A stretch of DNA of 64,000 bases from a plasmid: NCBI RefSeq assembly GCF_053078305.1, contig NZ_CP166875.1. One strand, written 5' to 3'. Shown here in pieces: positions 30,531 through 40,407 of this stretch. Under the pieces are notes generated by a model, which did no database searches, was not told the origin of the DNA, and saw only the letters and a list, made by a program, of their open reading frames with translations. The position numbers were made by a program, and so were the translations under genes. How positions within the stretch are numbered: position 1 is the stretch's first letter; each line of letters begins with the position of its first letter.

Positions 30531-30845
30531 CCGCTTCTCCATCAATGGAGAAAGAACACCGTGGTTTGCCCTTACATTGCCTGTCGCCACGTTTTCTATA
30601 GTGTCAGTTATAGACAGTTCTTCTCCGGCCAGAGCACCAAAACCAGCACCACCTGATGTTTTGGCCAGGACTTGCAACCTGTTCATCCCGGTGAACGATA
30701 TGCCGGAAAGAACGTGCCTCAAAGCTGACACACCGAGTATATACTTATACTGTGCTTGCAGAAATATTATTTCAGCCGTATTATTTCATAGTCAGTTATA
30801 GGCAGTTATCTTCCGGTCAGGGCTACCAACTTCGATCCGGAATCG

Positions 30846-30876
30846 CAAAAAAACCGGCCTCACCAGTCGGTTTTTT
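30846..30876 (+). terminator. A-tract / hairpin / T-tract terminator, possible 3' end of an antisense sRNA
   Basis: AAAAAAACCG-loop-CGGTTTTTTT; sits at the far end of the toxin leader. Confidence 0.4.
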
Positions 30877-31077
30877 TGCGTCTGTACCTCCTCCCCGGAC
30901 AGCAGTTCTCTCACTCCCGTTGAATATTTCCTGTTGAATTTTACGAAAATACGGCAAATGGGAGATATCGAATATATTTCCTTGGGTGTAGTCGGTAAAA
31001 ACCAGCTCATGTTTGACTCACAGAAACAGGCTCTGGAAGTACAGAAAGTAATCTGTCCGTAGATTATTAAAGGGCAG

Positions 31078-31107
31078 AGGGCGGTGACCCTCTGCCCTTA
31101 AGTACGT
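31078..31107. terminator. hairpin after toxin copy 2
   Basis: Same 9-bp inverted repeat as at 30386. Confidence 0.4.
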
Positions 31108-31118
31108 TTCCGGGATTA

Positions 31119-31214
31119 TCAGTCAACCAGTTCCCGGATCAGTTCCAGGAGAGCTATCACTGCGTTAGCCACAGCAACAACCGCCCTGAGAACGATGATT
31201 AACAGGTTAATCAT
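31119..31214 (-). CDS. DinQ/TisB-like small hydrophobic toxin peptide, copy 2
   Basis: Identical 31-aa peptide and GGAG site to copy 1. Confidence 0.4.
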   Translation of the reverse strand: MINLLIIVLRAVVAVANAVIALLELIRELVD

Positions 31215-31575
31215 CCGTTTCTCCATCAATGGAGGAAATCACTGTTGTTTACTCTTACATTGCCTGTCACAACAGCTCTTTCATTGTTAGCTGAAAAGAG
31301 ACTTCCTCCGGCCAGAGCACCAGACGCAGCACCACCTGTTTGTCCGGCCAGGTCTTTGAATAGCACAGATCCATAGTCCCGATGGATTGATGCGAAGGTA
31401 AGTCTCCAGACAAGGCTAACTTGCTGATTATACTTGTTTCAGGCGATATCGCTACTCCCGGAACAATAGACTGTAACGAACAGATTGCGATCAGGTGAAT
31501 ATAACGATATTCTGGTAACGTTAGTTGAAAAGAGACTTCCCCCGGGCCAGAGCCACCCACTCTCCCTGGGATCGC

Positions 31576-31606
31576 AAAAAAGCCGGCCTCACCAGTCGGC
31601 TTTTTT
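31576..31606 (+). terminator. A-tract / hairpin / T-tract terminator (second copy)
   Basis: AAAAAAGCCG-loop-CGGCTTTTTT; same loop sequence as at 30846. Confidence 0.4.
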
Positions 31607-31750
31607 GTGCCTGTCTCTCACCACCTTCTGCTGTTCCTGTGAAAATGCCCTGCTGAATTCAGCCCTGCCCGGTCATTACCGGCGATTGTTCGCATTAATT
31701 CCACTCAGCCTCATCCCGAAATTTATCTATTTATCGATGGAGGAATCCTC

Positions 31751-33067
31751 GTGTCTTACCAACACTCCCCCACAACAGAAGACCCGATGAACATATGGTA
31801 TATCGTTGGCACCATATGTCTGCTCTTTGCGCTTCTCATCTGGCTCTTTTTACCCGACATCGTCTTTGCCACCTGCCTGATCCTGCACACAATGTGGGGG
31901 ATGACTGACTGGGGGCCTTTTCACCATTTTGCCGCCCCCCGTTACAACCTGCTGGCCATCACTGCTAACAACGCGGCAACCATCACTTTCGGCCAGTGGC
32001 TGGATGTTATGTCCCGGACAGTGGGGATCCTCTGGTTGATTCTGCTTCCCATGACATTCGGCTTTCTGTGGATGTGGTTTCACCATCCGGCCCAGCCCCG
32101 TTTTACCCGCAGGCCACTGAATATCCACACACTGCCCCATATTTTTTCAGCTCTGTCACCGGCGATCGCCCCCGTTCTGGCTGATGGAGACAACAACAGA
32201 CTCTTCCACGGACAAAAACGTCCCGAGCGCCGTGTCGCACTAACCCCCGAAGTCTTTGTGGAGCAGAACAACCTTATCCGCAACATGCAGCTCGATGTTG
32301 CGTCCACACGCCAGTGCTTCATGGCGCAACTGGGGCAACCACTGACCAGCTGGAAAGACATGGCCCCACATGAAAAAGCGCTCTTTGCCATCTTTGGCCT
32401 GCAGTTCTTCCTCGGTGACCGGAAAGCAGCGGTAGCCCTGATGAACAACCTCAATCTCTCCTGCAGGCTCAAAAGTAAACGGGACCAGGGGCGTTTCAGC
32501 ACGCCGGTGTATTCACTGGCCAGAAACGCCTTTATCCGGGTCATCAAAACAGAAGGCGCACAACAGTGGCTCAGGCAGCACCGTTACGTTCGCAGCGGTC
32601 TGGTCTGGCTTTACGCACATGATTTGCGCCTGACGCCTCCGAACTGGCTGTGGCTCAAGGGCGTTGACCGGACGCTCTTCTATGCCCTTCACCGGGCAAA
32701 CACCACAAAAGGCTTCATCGAAGGGGCCGGCGTGGTGGCCGTTGCCCGGGCAGAAAATGAAGCCAGCCGTCTCGGCCTCCCCTGCCCGGAACCCTGTGTG
32801 GAAGAGGCCATTGAAGGGCTTCGACGGGACATGCTGGGGCTGGGCCTGATATGGGACGAACCTCAGCCAGATCGCGATCGTAAACGTCAGATCAGGACCC
32901 GCTGGTCACTCACGGATGACGTGATACCCCGCCGCCATGATAACGACGAAGACACTGACACTGGTGAAACCACCGAAACCACCGAAACCACCGAAACCAC
33001 CGAAACCACCGAAACCACCGAAACCACCGAAAAACAGCATCCCGCCGACAAGGAAAAAGAACAATGA
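31751..33067 (+). CDS. T4SS inner-membrane protein, DotM/IcmP-like (TrbA-like)
   Basis: GTG start after GGAGG; N-terminal TM helices; C-terminal ETT tandem repeat; precedes the trbB/trbC-like genes. Confidence 0.5.
   Translation: MSYQHSPTTEDPMNIWYIVGTICLLFALLIWLFLPDIVFATCLILHTMWGMTDWGPFHHFAAPRYNLLAITANNAATITFGQWLDVMSRTVGILWLILLPMTFGFLWMWFHHPAQPRFTRRPLNIHTLPHIFSALSPAIAPVLADGDNNRLFHGQKRPERRVALTPEVFVEQNNLIRNMQLDVASTRQCFMAQLGQPLTSWKDMAPHEKALFAIFGLQFFLGDRKAAVALMNNLNLSCRLKSKRDQGRFSTPVYSLARNAFIRVIKTEGAQQWLRQHRYVRSGLVWLYAHDLRLTPPNWLWLKGVDRTLFYALHRANTTKGFIEGAGVVAVARAENEASRLGLPCPEPCVEEAIEGLRRDMLGLGLIWDEPQPDRDRKRQIRTRWSLTDDVIPRRHDNDEDTDTGETTETTETTETTETTETTETTEKQHPADKEKEQ
32966..33028 (+). repeat. in-frame tandem 9-bp repeat (gaaaccacc, 6-7 copies)
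   Basis: Perfect tandem units encoding (ETT)n at the TrbA-like C-terminus. Confidence 0.85.
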
Positions 33068-34188
33068 CCATCCACTACACTGCAACACTGAATAATAAAC
33101 ACCTGTCCCTGACCGCCCTGTACCCTGACGGTAATCGGGAGGTGATTGCCATCCTGCCGGTAACAGAACTGGGCGCACTGATTAACCGTAATAACAGGCT
33201 GATGCACCTGTCCTTCAGTTCCCCTTTTCGCGAAATAACCGAAACGGTGCTTGTTGATACCGTTGATGCAGAACGTCCCGGACATCACATCGGCAGAATG
33301 CTCTCAGCGATTGATGCCTGCCTGGATGCCGAATATGCCGGAAAAGGAAAACATCCCTCCCGGAAATATGGCTTCTGGCGGACACTGATGTGTGGCTTTA
33401 TCGCCGGAATTGCTCTGCCGGCGACAGTTGCAGGTTACCACTGGATGAAGGCAGAGCCCCCTTCCACGCTGGCTTACCCTAAATCTCAGGAATGGAGAGC
33501 TGAACCAGTAACCGACACAGAGACACCACGCCCACATACGGAACATCATGTTAACAGCATCCCGGCCCGCCCGGCTCCCACACAGCAGGAACCTTCTTCT
33601 GCCCCCGCCCCGACGGCAGTGACGGAAGAACAACACGTTCAGGCCGCTGAGGCCCGCCGTAATCTGGCCACAGTACTTAAACGCAACGCAGACCGGGGGA
33701 TGTTCACCATTAACCTGTCCACTGGTCATGAACGCACGCTGTACGCCTTCCTTGACCCCGCATGCATCAACTGCCGTCTGCTGGAACCCGCGCTTAAGCA
33801 ACTGGCCCGGGAATTCAGCGTGGTGATTTATCCGGTCTCCGTGATTGGCGGGGAGTCCAGTACAAAGCGGACTGCTCCGCTGCTGTGTGAACCGGACTCA
33901 CAAAAACGGGCGACCGGATGGCATCAGCTGTATTCCGCTGACAGTGGTATGGCCCCCACCGGCGATGCACCGGCCGCACAGGATGGACAGTGTCTGACCG
34001 CCGCACGTGCTGCCATCGATGTCAATAACCAGGCTTTCCGCCAGTTCGGTTTTGGCGGAACCCCCTGGGTGTTATCAGATACCGGCTGGCACCTGCCGTC
34101 CGGCATCCTGAAAGACGCCACTTCCGTTCGCCTCTTCCTGAAAGCAACAGATAGCGAGGAGTATCACAATGAGCCAGCACCACGTTAA
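33064..34188 (+). CDS. thioredoxin-fold protein with CxxC motif (TrbB-like)
   Basis: ATGA coupling; CINC motif in LDPACINCRLL; hydrophobic N-terminal segment. Confidence 0.45.
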   Translation: MTIHYTATLNNKHLSLTALYPDGNREVIAILPVTELGALINRNNRLMHLSFSSPFREITETVLVDTVDAERPGHHIGRMLSAIDACLDAEYAGKGKHPSRKYGFWRTLMCGFIAGIALPATVAGYHWMKAEPPSTLAYPKSQEWRAEPVTDTETPRPHTEHHVNSIPARPAPTQQEPSSAPAPTAVTEEQHVQAAEARRNLATVLKRNADRGMFTINLSTGHERTLYAFLDPACINCRLLEPALKQLAREFSVVIYPVSVIGGESSTKRTAPLLCEPDSQKRATGWHQLYSADSGMAPTGDAPAAQDGQCLTAARAAIDVNNQAFRQFGFGGTPWVLSDTGWHLPSGILKDATSVRLFLKATDSEEYHNEPAPR

Positions 34189-36469
34189 TCCTGACCTCAT
34201 ACACCGCACGGCCTGGGGAAACCCGCTGTGGAATGCACTGCATAACCTGAACATCATTGGTCTGTGTCTGGCCGGCAGTATCATTACGGCCCTGATATGG
34301 CCACTGGCCCTTCCTGTCTGTCTGCTGTTCACCCTGGTCACCTCCGTGATATTCACGCTGCAACGCTGGCGATGCCCCCTGCGTATGCCCATGACGCTCA
34401 GCCTTGATGACCCCTCCCAGGACAGAAAGGTCAGGCGAAGCCTCTTCAGCTTCTGGCCCACCCTGTTTCAGTATGAAGCAGATGAAACATCCCCCGCACG
34501 GGGGATTTTTTATGTCGGTTACCGCCGTATCAATGATATCGGTCGTGAGCTCTGGCTGAGCATGGATGACCTCACCCGGCATGTCATGTTTTTTGCCACC
34601 ACCGGTGGCGGTAAAACAGAAACCACCTTTGCCTGGCTGCTCAACCCGCTCTGCTGGGGAAGAGGCTTTACCTTTGTTGACGGAAAGGCACAGAACGATA
34701 CCACGAGGACAATCTGGTATCTCTCCCGACGTTTTGGCAGGGAGGATGATATCGAGGTCATCAACTTCATGAACGGCGGAAAATCCCGCAGCGAAATCAT
34801 TCAGAGTGGCGATAAATCCCGCCCACAGTCAAACACCTGGAACCCGTTCGCATTCAGCACCGAAGCCTTCACCGCCGAAACCATGCAGTCCATGCTGCCC
34901 CAGAACGTTCAGGGCGGTGAATGGCAGTCACGGGCGATAGCCATGAACAAGGCACTGGTCTTTGGCACAAAATTCTGGTGCGTCCGGGAAGGTAAAACCA
35001 TGTCCCTGCAGATGTTACGGGAACATATGACGCTGGAAGGGATGGCAAAACTCTATTGCCGTGGCCTTGATGACCAGTGGCCGGAAGAAGCCATCGCACC
35101 ACTGCGAAACTACCTGCAGGATGTCCCGGGATTCGATATGTCACTGGTGAGAACGCCGTCAGCCTGGACTGAGGAGCCCCGTAAACAGCATGCTTATCTC
35201 TCCGGTCAGTTCTCGGAAACGTTCACAACCTTTGCCGAAACCTTCGGGGACGTCTTTGCGGCAGATGCCGGCGACATCGATATTCGCGACAGTATTCACA
35301 GCGACCGCATTCTGATTGTGATGATCCCTGCACTGGACACATCGGCCCATACCACGTCGGCACTCGGTCGTATGTTCGTCACCCAGCAGAGCATGATCCT
35401 CGCCCGTGACCTGGGCTACCGCCTGGAAGGCACAGATGCACAGACCCTGGAAGTCAAAAAATACAAAGGCAGCTTCCCCTATATCTGTATCCTTGACGAA
35501 GTCGGTGCCTACTACACAGACCGCATTGCTGTGGAGGCCACCCAGGTACGTTCACTGGAGTTTTCCCTGATAATGATGGCGCAGGATCAGGAGCGAATTG
35601 AAGGGCAGACCTCCGCCACCAACACCGCCACACTGATGCAGAACGCCGGCACCAAATTCGCCGGACGCATTGTCAGTGACGACAAAACGGCAAGAACGGT
35701 GAAAAATGCCGCCGGTGAAGAGGCACGGGCCAGAATGGGCAGCCTGCAGCGCCACGATGGTGTGATGGGTGAGTCCTGGGTGGACGGTAACCAGATCACC
35801 ATCCAGATGGAAAGCAAAATCGACGTGCAGGATTTGATCAGACTGAATGCCGGTGAGTTCTTTACCGTTTTCCAGGGGGATGTGGTGCCGTCAGCCTCTG
35901 TGTATATTCCGGACAGCGAGAAAAGTTGCGACAGTGATCCGGTGGTCATCAACCGCTATATTTCCGTTGAAGCCCCCCGGCTGGAGCGTCTCCGCCGTCT
36001 CGTCCCCAGGACAGTGCAGCGCAGGCTCCCCACACCGGAGCATGTCAGCAGCATCATCGGTGTACTGACAGCAAAACCATCCCGTAAACGTCGTAAAAAC
36101 CGTACAGAGCCTTACCGTATCATTGATACATTCCAGCGCCGGTTGGCAACAGCGCAGACATCACTGGATCTGCTTCCGCAATATGATACAGATATCGAAT
36201 CCCGGGCAAACGAACTGTGGAAAAAGGCTGTGCACACTATCAATAACACAACCTGGGAAGAACGCCGGGTATGTTATATCACACTGAATCGTCCGGAAGA
36301 GGAACACTCCGGTCCTGAAGATATACCTTCAGTAAAGGCGATTCTGAATACCCTGCTCCCCCTGGAGATACTGTTACCGGTCGCTGAAAATAATAAATCG
36401 CAGACAATAAATAATGATCATCCCCAGAAATCATGTGGAGCACAACCAACAACTGACGAAAAATACTGA
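34169..36469 (+). CDS. trbC: type IV coupling protein, DotL/IcmO (VirD4-like) family (TrbC-like)
   Basis: N-terminal TM helices; Walker A FFATTGGGKTET; 766 aa; SD GAGGAG. Confidence 0.7.
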   Translation: MSQHHVNPDLIHRTAWGNPLWNALHNLNIIGLCLAGSIITALIWPLALPVCLLFTLVTSVIFTLQRWRCPLRMPMTLSLDDPSQDRKVRRSLFSFWPTLFQYEADETSPARGIFYVGYRRINDIGRELWLSMDDLTRHVMFFATTGGGKTETTFAWLLNPLCWGRGFTFVDGKAQNDTTRTIWYLSRRFGREDDIEVINFMNGGKSRSEIIQSGDKSRPQSNTWNPFAFSTEAFTAETMQSMLPQNVQGGEWQSRAIAMNKALVFGTKFWCVREGKTMSLQMLREHMTLEGMAKLYCRGLDDQWPEEAIAPLRNYLQDVPGFDMSLVRTPSAWTEEPRKQHAYLSGQFSETFTTFAETFGDVFAADAGDIDIRDSIHSDRILIVMIPALDTSAHTTSALGRMFVTQQSMILARDLGYRLEGTDAQTLEVKKYKGSFPYICILDEVGAYYTDRIAVEATQVRSLEFSLIMMAQDQERIEGQTSATNTATLMQNAGTKFAGRIVSDDKTARTVKNAAGEEARARMGSLQRHDGVMGESWVDGNQITIQMESKIDVQDLIRLNAGEFFTVFQGDVVPSASVYIPDSEKSCDSDPVVINRYISVEAPRLERLRRLVPRTVQRRLPTPEHVSSIIGVLTAKPSRKRRKNRTEPYRIIDTFQRRLATAQTSLDLLPQYDTDIESRANELWKKAVHTINNTTWEERRVCYITLNRPEEEHSGPEDIPSVKAILNTLLPLEILLPVAENNKSQTINNDHPQKSCGAQPTTDEKY

Positions 36470-36558
36470 AGGAATACAAATATTTTCTGGTGACCATATC
36501 TGTCAATCCGACTGTAAAACCCTGTTCACTAAGTCCGGGGTTTTACGGCACACTGGAT

Positions 36559-36580
36559 AAGGGCCGCAGACACGGCCCTT
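36559..36580. terminator. bidirectional hairpin between convergent trbC and nikB
   Basis: AAGGGCCG-cagaca-CGGCCCTT. Confidence 0.45.
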
Positions 36581-36689
36581 AATTCAGAGTTAACCGGGTA
36601 TAAACTCAATTCAGTGACTACTCCCGCCCTTATTGACGAAGGTTCCTGCCGTTTTGGGGCTGAATCTTTGCACCATCACTTATCCGGGC

Positions 36690-39410
36690 TTACATTCCAG
36701 GTGATGGTGGCTCCCATGTTTTCTCCTGCCGTAACGTATAATTATCATCATGGCTCTCCGATAAACGGGTCTGCTGTCTGATATATTCCCGGTAATACTG
36801 CTCACTGCGTTGACGGTGCAAATCCACGTCCGGACGAGTAATGGTGAAGTGTCCGTTTCCGGTTATTCCCGCTGCATTGTGCCAGGCCACCATTTCTGCA
36901 AACACATCATTAAACTGCTGGTATGAACCTTCCGGCTCAAAACCAAGCTTTCCGTTGCGGCTGAACAGAACTGGCGCAATTAAATCAAGCTTCTCTGCCA
37001 GTTCATTTCGGTCCGTGTGATGGTAGAACACAACCCGATCTCCGTAATCCGTACAGACATTTTTTCCTGTCCGCGTATCCCTGAAATGAACACTTCCATT
37101 TTTCTGAAGACGAGCTTCAAGTTTTGCAACATTATTAAAAAGTGGCGTTCCTCCGGGTTCGCAGAGTACGACACAACGATCAGCATTAGTTGTGCGTCTT
37201 TTATCCTTATTACGCGAGCGACGATCACGATAATCCCAGCCACGTAACTGCGATACTGCAGCCCTGTCTCCCTGAGCCGCCTGTTGTTCCACCCACTGCC
37301 GGTAGGACAAAGGATACCACTTACCCTCCGCAATCAGTGACAACCGCTCTTCCTTCACACTCTCCTTCAGCCTGATCAGCGCCTGCATACGCTGCACTTC
37401 CGCAATATGGTAATGCAGCTTACGCAATTGTGGATCCCGGAACTGCACACGGATATACGCCTTGCGCCGACGGCAGGCAGCATGAATTTCCCGTAACCGT
37501 TCTCCGTAACGTAAGTCGGGTTTACGCCAGTGCTCCTTCCATGCAAGATAACGCGCACGCAAATCTTCCCGCGCAGCTGCACGGGCTTCACGGCGCTCAC
37601 GACGAATCTCAGGATCGCGCCGGAAGCCTGGTTCCACTTCATCACTGGCAGCAAGTTCCGGATTGTAACGACATTCAGGCTTCACCCGTTCGAAAATATC
37701 TGCAGCCGCAATTTCAAATGGCCCGGCCTGAGGCTCGGCACGGGATAACGTCAAATCCGGGTGGATACTGCTGGCCTTCACCGGTGTCAGCTCATGATTA
37801 AACGCATCCACAATCACAAGACCATGATGCTGTTTCTGCAGCATAAGCCCTTTACGCGCAAACATCTCATGACATGCCTGCCAGCTGAAATCCCCGCCAG
37901 CTATCATCTCTTCAATCTGGCTCCTGCACTGAATAAGAGCGTATCCCCACAGACTTTCCTTATCGGAAAACAGTTCACGCTTTATAGCCCCCTGCGGACC
38001 TGTGCCCATCCTCATGCGATACCATTCGTAATCACTGACAGGCTGAGAGCCAATACTGTGTCCCCGGAATCGTTCTCCGGGAACGACCTGAGTAAAAATA
38101 TCCTTCGGTACAGGCTGCCATCCACCATCCAGATCCTGCATATAATCCAGCGTCATTAACGGCCACACACTGTCTGCACGTACTGGTGTCTGTTGTTTAT
38201 CAAATCCATCATGCAGTACCAGATGCCCGTGCTGAATCCCCATCCATAATCCCGCCTCTGCCAGAGTACGGTGTACAGCCAGGCAGCTTTTCAGTTCACC
38301 ATTGCGCGCCATTGCCGGTAAGCGTTCGGCAAAATGACGGCAGGCGTACTGTTTCAGACTCTCCGTTTCTGCCACTTTTTCCGGCCGGATATCAACGTTT
38401 ATGGCTTCCGGATCATAACGACCGGGTGTCCCCACCTGACTGAAAATATCTGTCGGTACAGGCTGATATTCCCCCAGTTTCCGCCCCAGTTTTTCAGCCG
38501 TCCATGACGGTCCGAACGAACTGAGTGCAACACCTTCCCGCGCTCTGTCCCAGCCATCCTTCACCACCAGTTCCCCTTCCTGCATCGTGATATACAGACC
38601 ATCGCTGGCCAGCCGTTTATGCAAAGATAACCAGTCCTGTGCAGGCTCTTCACGCAGCCCGGCAATCGACATCTGAGCAATATATTCCCTGAACGTCTGC
38701 TTTTTCCCGCGTCGCCAGGCATTACGGCGCTCACGTACCAGCGCTGTTTTGCGCACAATACGGTTGCCGGGTGCATGCACAAAGCAGCCATTATCCGGCG
38801 CGAATCCGTGCTTAAGTTCAAGTTCACGACATGCACGGCTGAGTTTTTCCTGGCTCCACGGAAGGCAATTGATATAGCCGGTTTCAGGGTGGACACGATT
38901 CACTGCAACATGTACATGCAGGTTATCCGTGTCTGTATGAACGGCTGCCACATACTGATGTTTTGACAGCTCAAGGGATTTCAGGGTGTGACGCACACAG
39001 TCAAAAAGCTGCTCAGAACGCGGACTTTCGTGCGCAGGCCAGGAGAGAATATAGTGAAAAACAGGATCTGTATCATCTTTGGAAAAATGAGCAAGGTCTG
39101 CTGCTTTCTGCATTTCTTCAGCCGCAGATTCAAGAGACAAACAGTTATGAAAGCAGGTCACACCATAGAAATTCACCCACTGACTGCCGTCTTTCATCAC
39201 ATCAATCAGGGAAACAAATTTTTCATTACGCAGACGTGTTGCATAATCAACAAGACGTCTGAAGCGATTCCGGTGCGGAACCTCACCTTTCACTTCCGTG
39301 TCTGGTCTGAGTTCATCTTCCGGCACATCATCCCGCACTGAGGTGTACGCAATCAGGTCTTCAAAAGAAGACTTTCCGTCGCGTCTTTTTTTCGGAATGA
39401 TGGCATTCAT
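36690..39410 (-). CDS. nikB: conjugative relaxase (NikB-like)
   Basis: 906 aa; N-terminal relaxase domain with histidine motif HVHVAVNRVH; adjacent to nikA-like gene and oriT-like site. Confidence 0.8.
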   Translation of the reverse strand: MNAIIPKKRRDGKSSFEDLIAYTSVRDDVPEDELRPDTEVKGEVPHRNRFRRLVDYATRLRNEKFVSLIDVMKDGSQWVNFYGVTCFHNCLSLESAAEEMQKAADLAHFSKDDTDPVFHYILSWPAHESPRSEQLFDCVRHTLKSLELSKHQYVAAVHTDTDNLHVHVAVNRVHPETGYINCLPWSQEKLSRACRELELKHGFAPDNGCFVHAPGNRIVRKTALVRERRNAWRRGKKQTFREYIAQMSIAGLREEPAQDWLSLHKRLASDGLYITMQEGELVVKDGWDRAREGVALSSFGPSWTAEKLGRKLGEYQPVPTDIFSQVGTPGRYDPEAINVDIRPEKVAETESLKQYACRHFAERLPAMARNGELKSCLAVHRTLAEAGLWMGIQHGHLVLHDGFDKQQTPVRADSVWPLMTLDYMQDLDGGWQPVPKDIFTQVVPGERFRGHSIGSQPVSDYEWYRMRMGTGPQGAIKRELFSDKESLWGYALIQCRSQIEEMIAGGDFSWQACHEMFARKGLMLQKQHHGLVIVDAFNHELTPVKASSIHPDLTLSRAEPQAGPFEIAAADIFERVKPECRYNPELAASDEVEPGFRRDPEIRRERREARAAAREDLRARYLAWKEHWRKPDLRYGERLREIHAACRRRKAYIRVQFRDPQLRKLHYHIAEVQRMQALIRLKESVKEERLSLIAEGKWYPLSYRQWVEQQAAQGDRAAVSQLRGWDYRDRRSRNKDKRRTTNADRCVVLCEPGGTPLFNNVAKLEARLQKNGSVHFRDTRTGKNVCTDYGDRVVFYHHTDRNELAEKLDLIAPVLFSRNGKLGFEPEGSYQQFNDVFAEMVAWHNAAGITGNGHFTITRPDVDLHRQRSEQYYREYIRQQTRLSESHDDNYTLRQEKTWEPPSPGM

Positions 39411-39421
39411 CAGCGATTATC

Positions 39422-39754
39422 TCAGCGTCCCATTAAATCTCTTCGCAGAGTATTAGCGAGTTCTGTAATAGCAACGAGAACCTCTGCATACTCTTTATCT
39501 CCCGTGCGTTTTCCTTCCACAAACAGATGCTTCTGCAGGCGACCAAGACGCATCAGCTCTTTCAAAAACTCTTCGTCAATGCGGGCATTTATCTGTTTTC
39601 CCAGCACAGTTTTTCTTATCAGAGTTGAAACTGTCAGTCCGTTTTTTTCTGCCTTTTCTCTAACAATCTCAGCCTCTTCTGGTGAAAAACGAACAGCAAT
39701 GAGGACATTCTTTTGCCGTTTCTCACTGCCACTTCGGGTTTTCTTCTCACTCAT
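39422..39754 (-). CDS. nikA: relaxosome accessory DNA-binding protein (NikA-like)
   Basis: 110 aa, basic; sits directly between relaxase gene and oriT-like inverted repeat. Confidence 0.65.
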   Translation of the reverse strand: MSEKKTRSGSEKRQKNVLIAVRFSPEEAEIVREKAEKNGLTVSTLIRKTVLGKQINARIDEEFLKELMRLGRLQKHLFVEGKRTGDKEYAEVLVAITELANTLRRDLMGR

Positions 39755-39794
39755 GGTCTGCTCCTTACCGGGGTGTCGGGGCTAAGCCCTGACC

Positions 39795-39855
39795 AGGTGG
39801 TAATCGTATAGCCGTGCGTGCGCGGTTATACGATTACACATCCTGTCCCGTTTTT
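39795..39855 (+). other. predicted origin of transfer (oriT): inverted repeat plus nick-region-like motif
   Basis: Inverted repeat GGTAATCGTATA (39799-39810) / TATACGATTAC (39827-39837) followed by ACATCCTGTCCCG, which resembles IncP/IncI-type nick regions. Confidence 0.5.
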
Positions 39856-39986
39856 CGGTCCATTATAGCCTGTTATTTTTGTGCATCATAGTCTTATGCA
39901 GACGGCAGAGGCAGGGCGCAGCCCTGCCAGGAGTCAGTTTTTGATGATAAAATCAGACTTCAACATGAAACGGAGAGAAAGTGCCA

Positions 39987-40322
39987 ATGGCTTCTAAAAA
40001 ATTTTACTCAGATGATGACATCCAGCTGGCAAAAGCTGCTTTATCAGAATTGCCGGACCTCACCGCTCAACGGAAAACATTGCGTGATTTTCTTGATGCC
40101 ATTCGTGATGACATTATTGTCCTGGTAAGGACAAAGGGTTATGCACTGGCAGATGTTCGTGACACGCTCAAAAATGCAGGGTATGAAGTAGGAGAGAAGG
40201 CACTTCGTGACATTATTCGGGAAGCAGAATCGAAAAAACCATCCCGCCGTTCTTCCTCTAAAACAGCACCTAAAAAGACAGATTCAGGCAGGAAAGATGG
40301 CATCGATATGAACAACAATTGA
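39987..40322 (+). CDS. hypothetical basic protein adjacent to oriT
   Basis: SD GGAGAG before ATG 39987; 111 aa; Lys/Arg/Ser-rich C-terminus. Confidence 0.4.
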   Translation: MASKKFYSDDDIQLAKAALSELPDLTAQRKTLRDFLDAIRDDIIVLVRTKGYALADVRDTLKNAGYEVGEKALRDIIREAESKKPSRRSSSKTAPKKTDSGRKDGIDMNNN

Positions 40323-40407
40323 TGTGACAATGTCACATCGTGTTCTGAGATTATGATGATTACAGAAAAAAAAGCCCCGGCATAAATACCAGGGCTTTTC
40401 TGTTTAA

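Larger units (their letters stand above)
31070..31245. repeat. near-identical direct repeat of 30380-30560 (hairpin plus toxin CDS plus RBS)
   Basis: About 170 bp almost identical by eye; flanks diverge. Confidence 0.8.

Noticed and set aside
24992-31750. Shufflon and pil (thin pilus) genes expected in some IncI plasmids
   Set aside because: No rci-like recombinase, pilV-like gene or clustered shufflon repeats were found; the direct repeats at 30.4-31.6 kb carry a small toxin-like gene instead
32906-33178. Minus-strand ORF encoding a GGFGGF repeat
   Set aside because: Antisense artefact of the in-frame (ETT)n repeat in the TrbA-like gene
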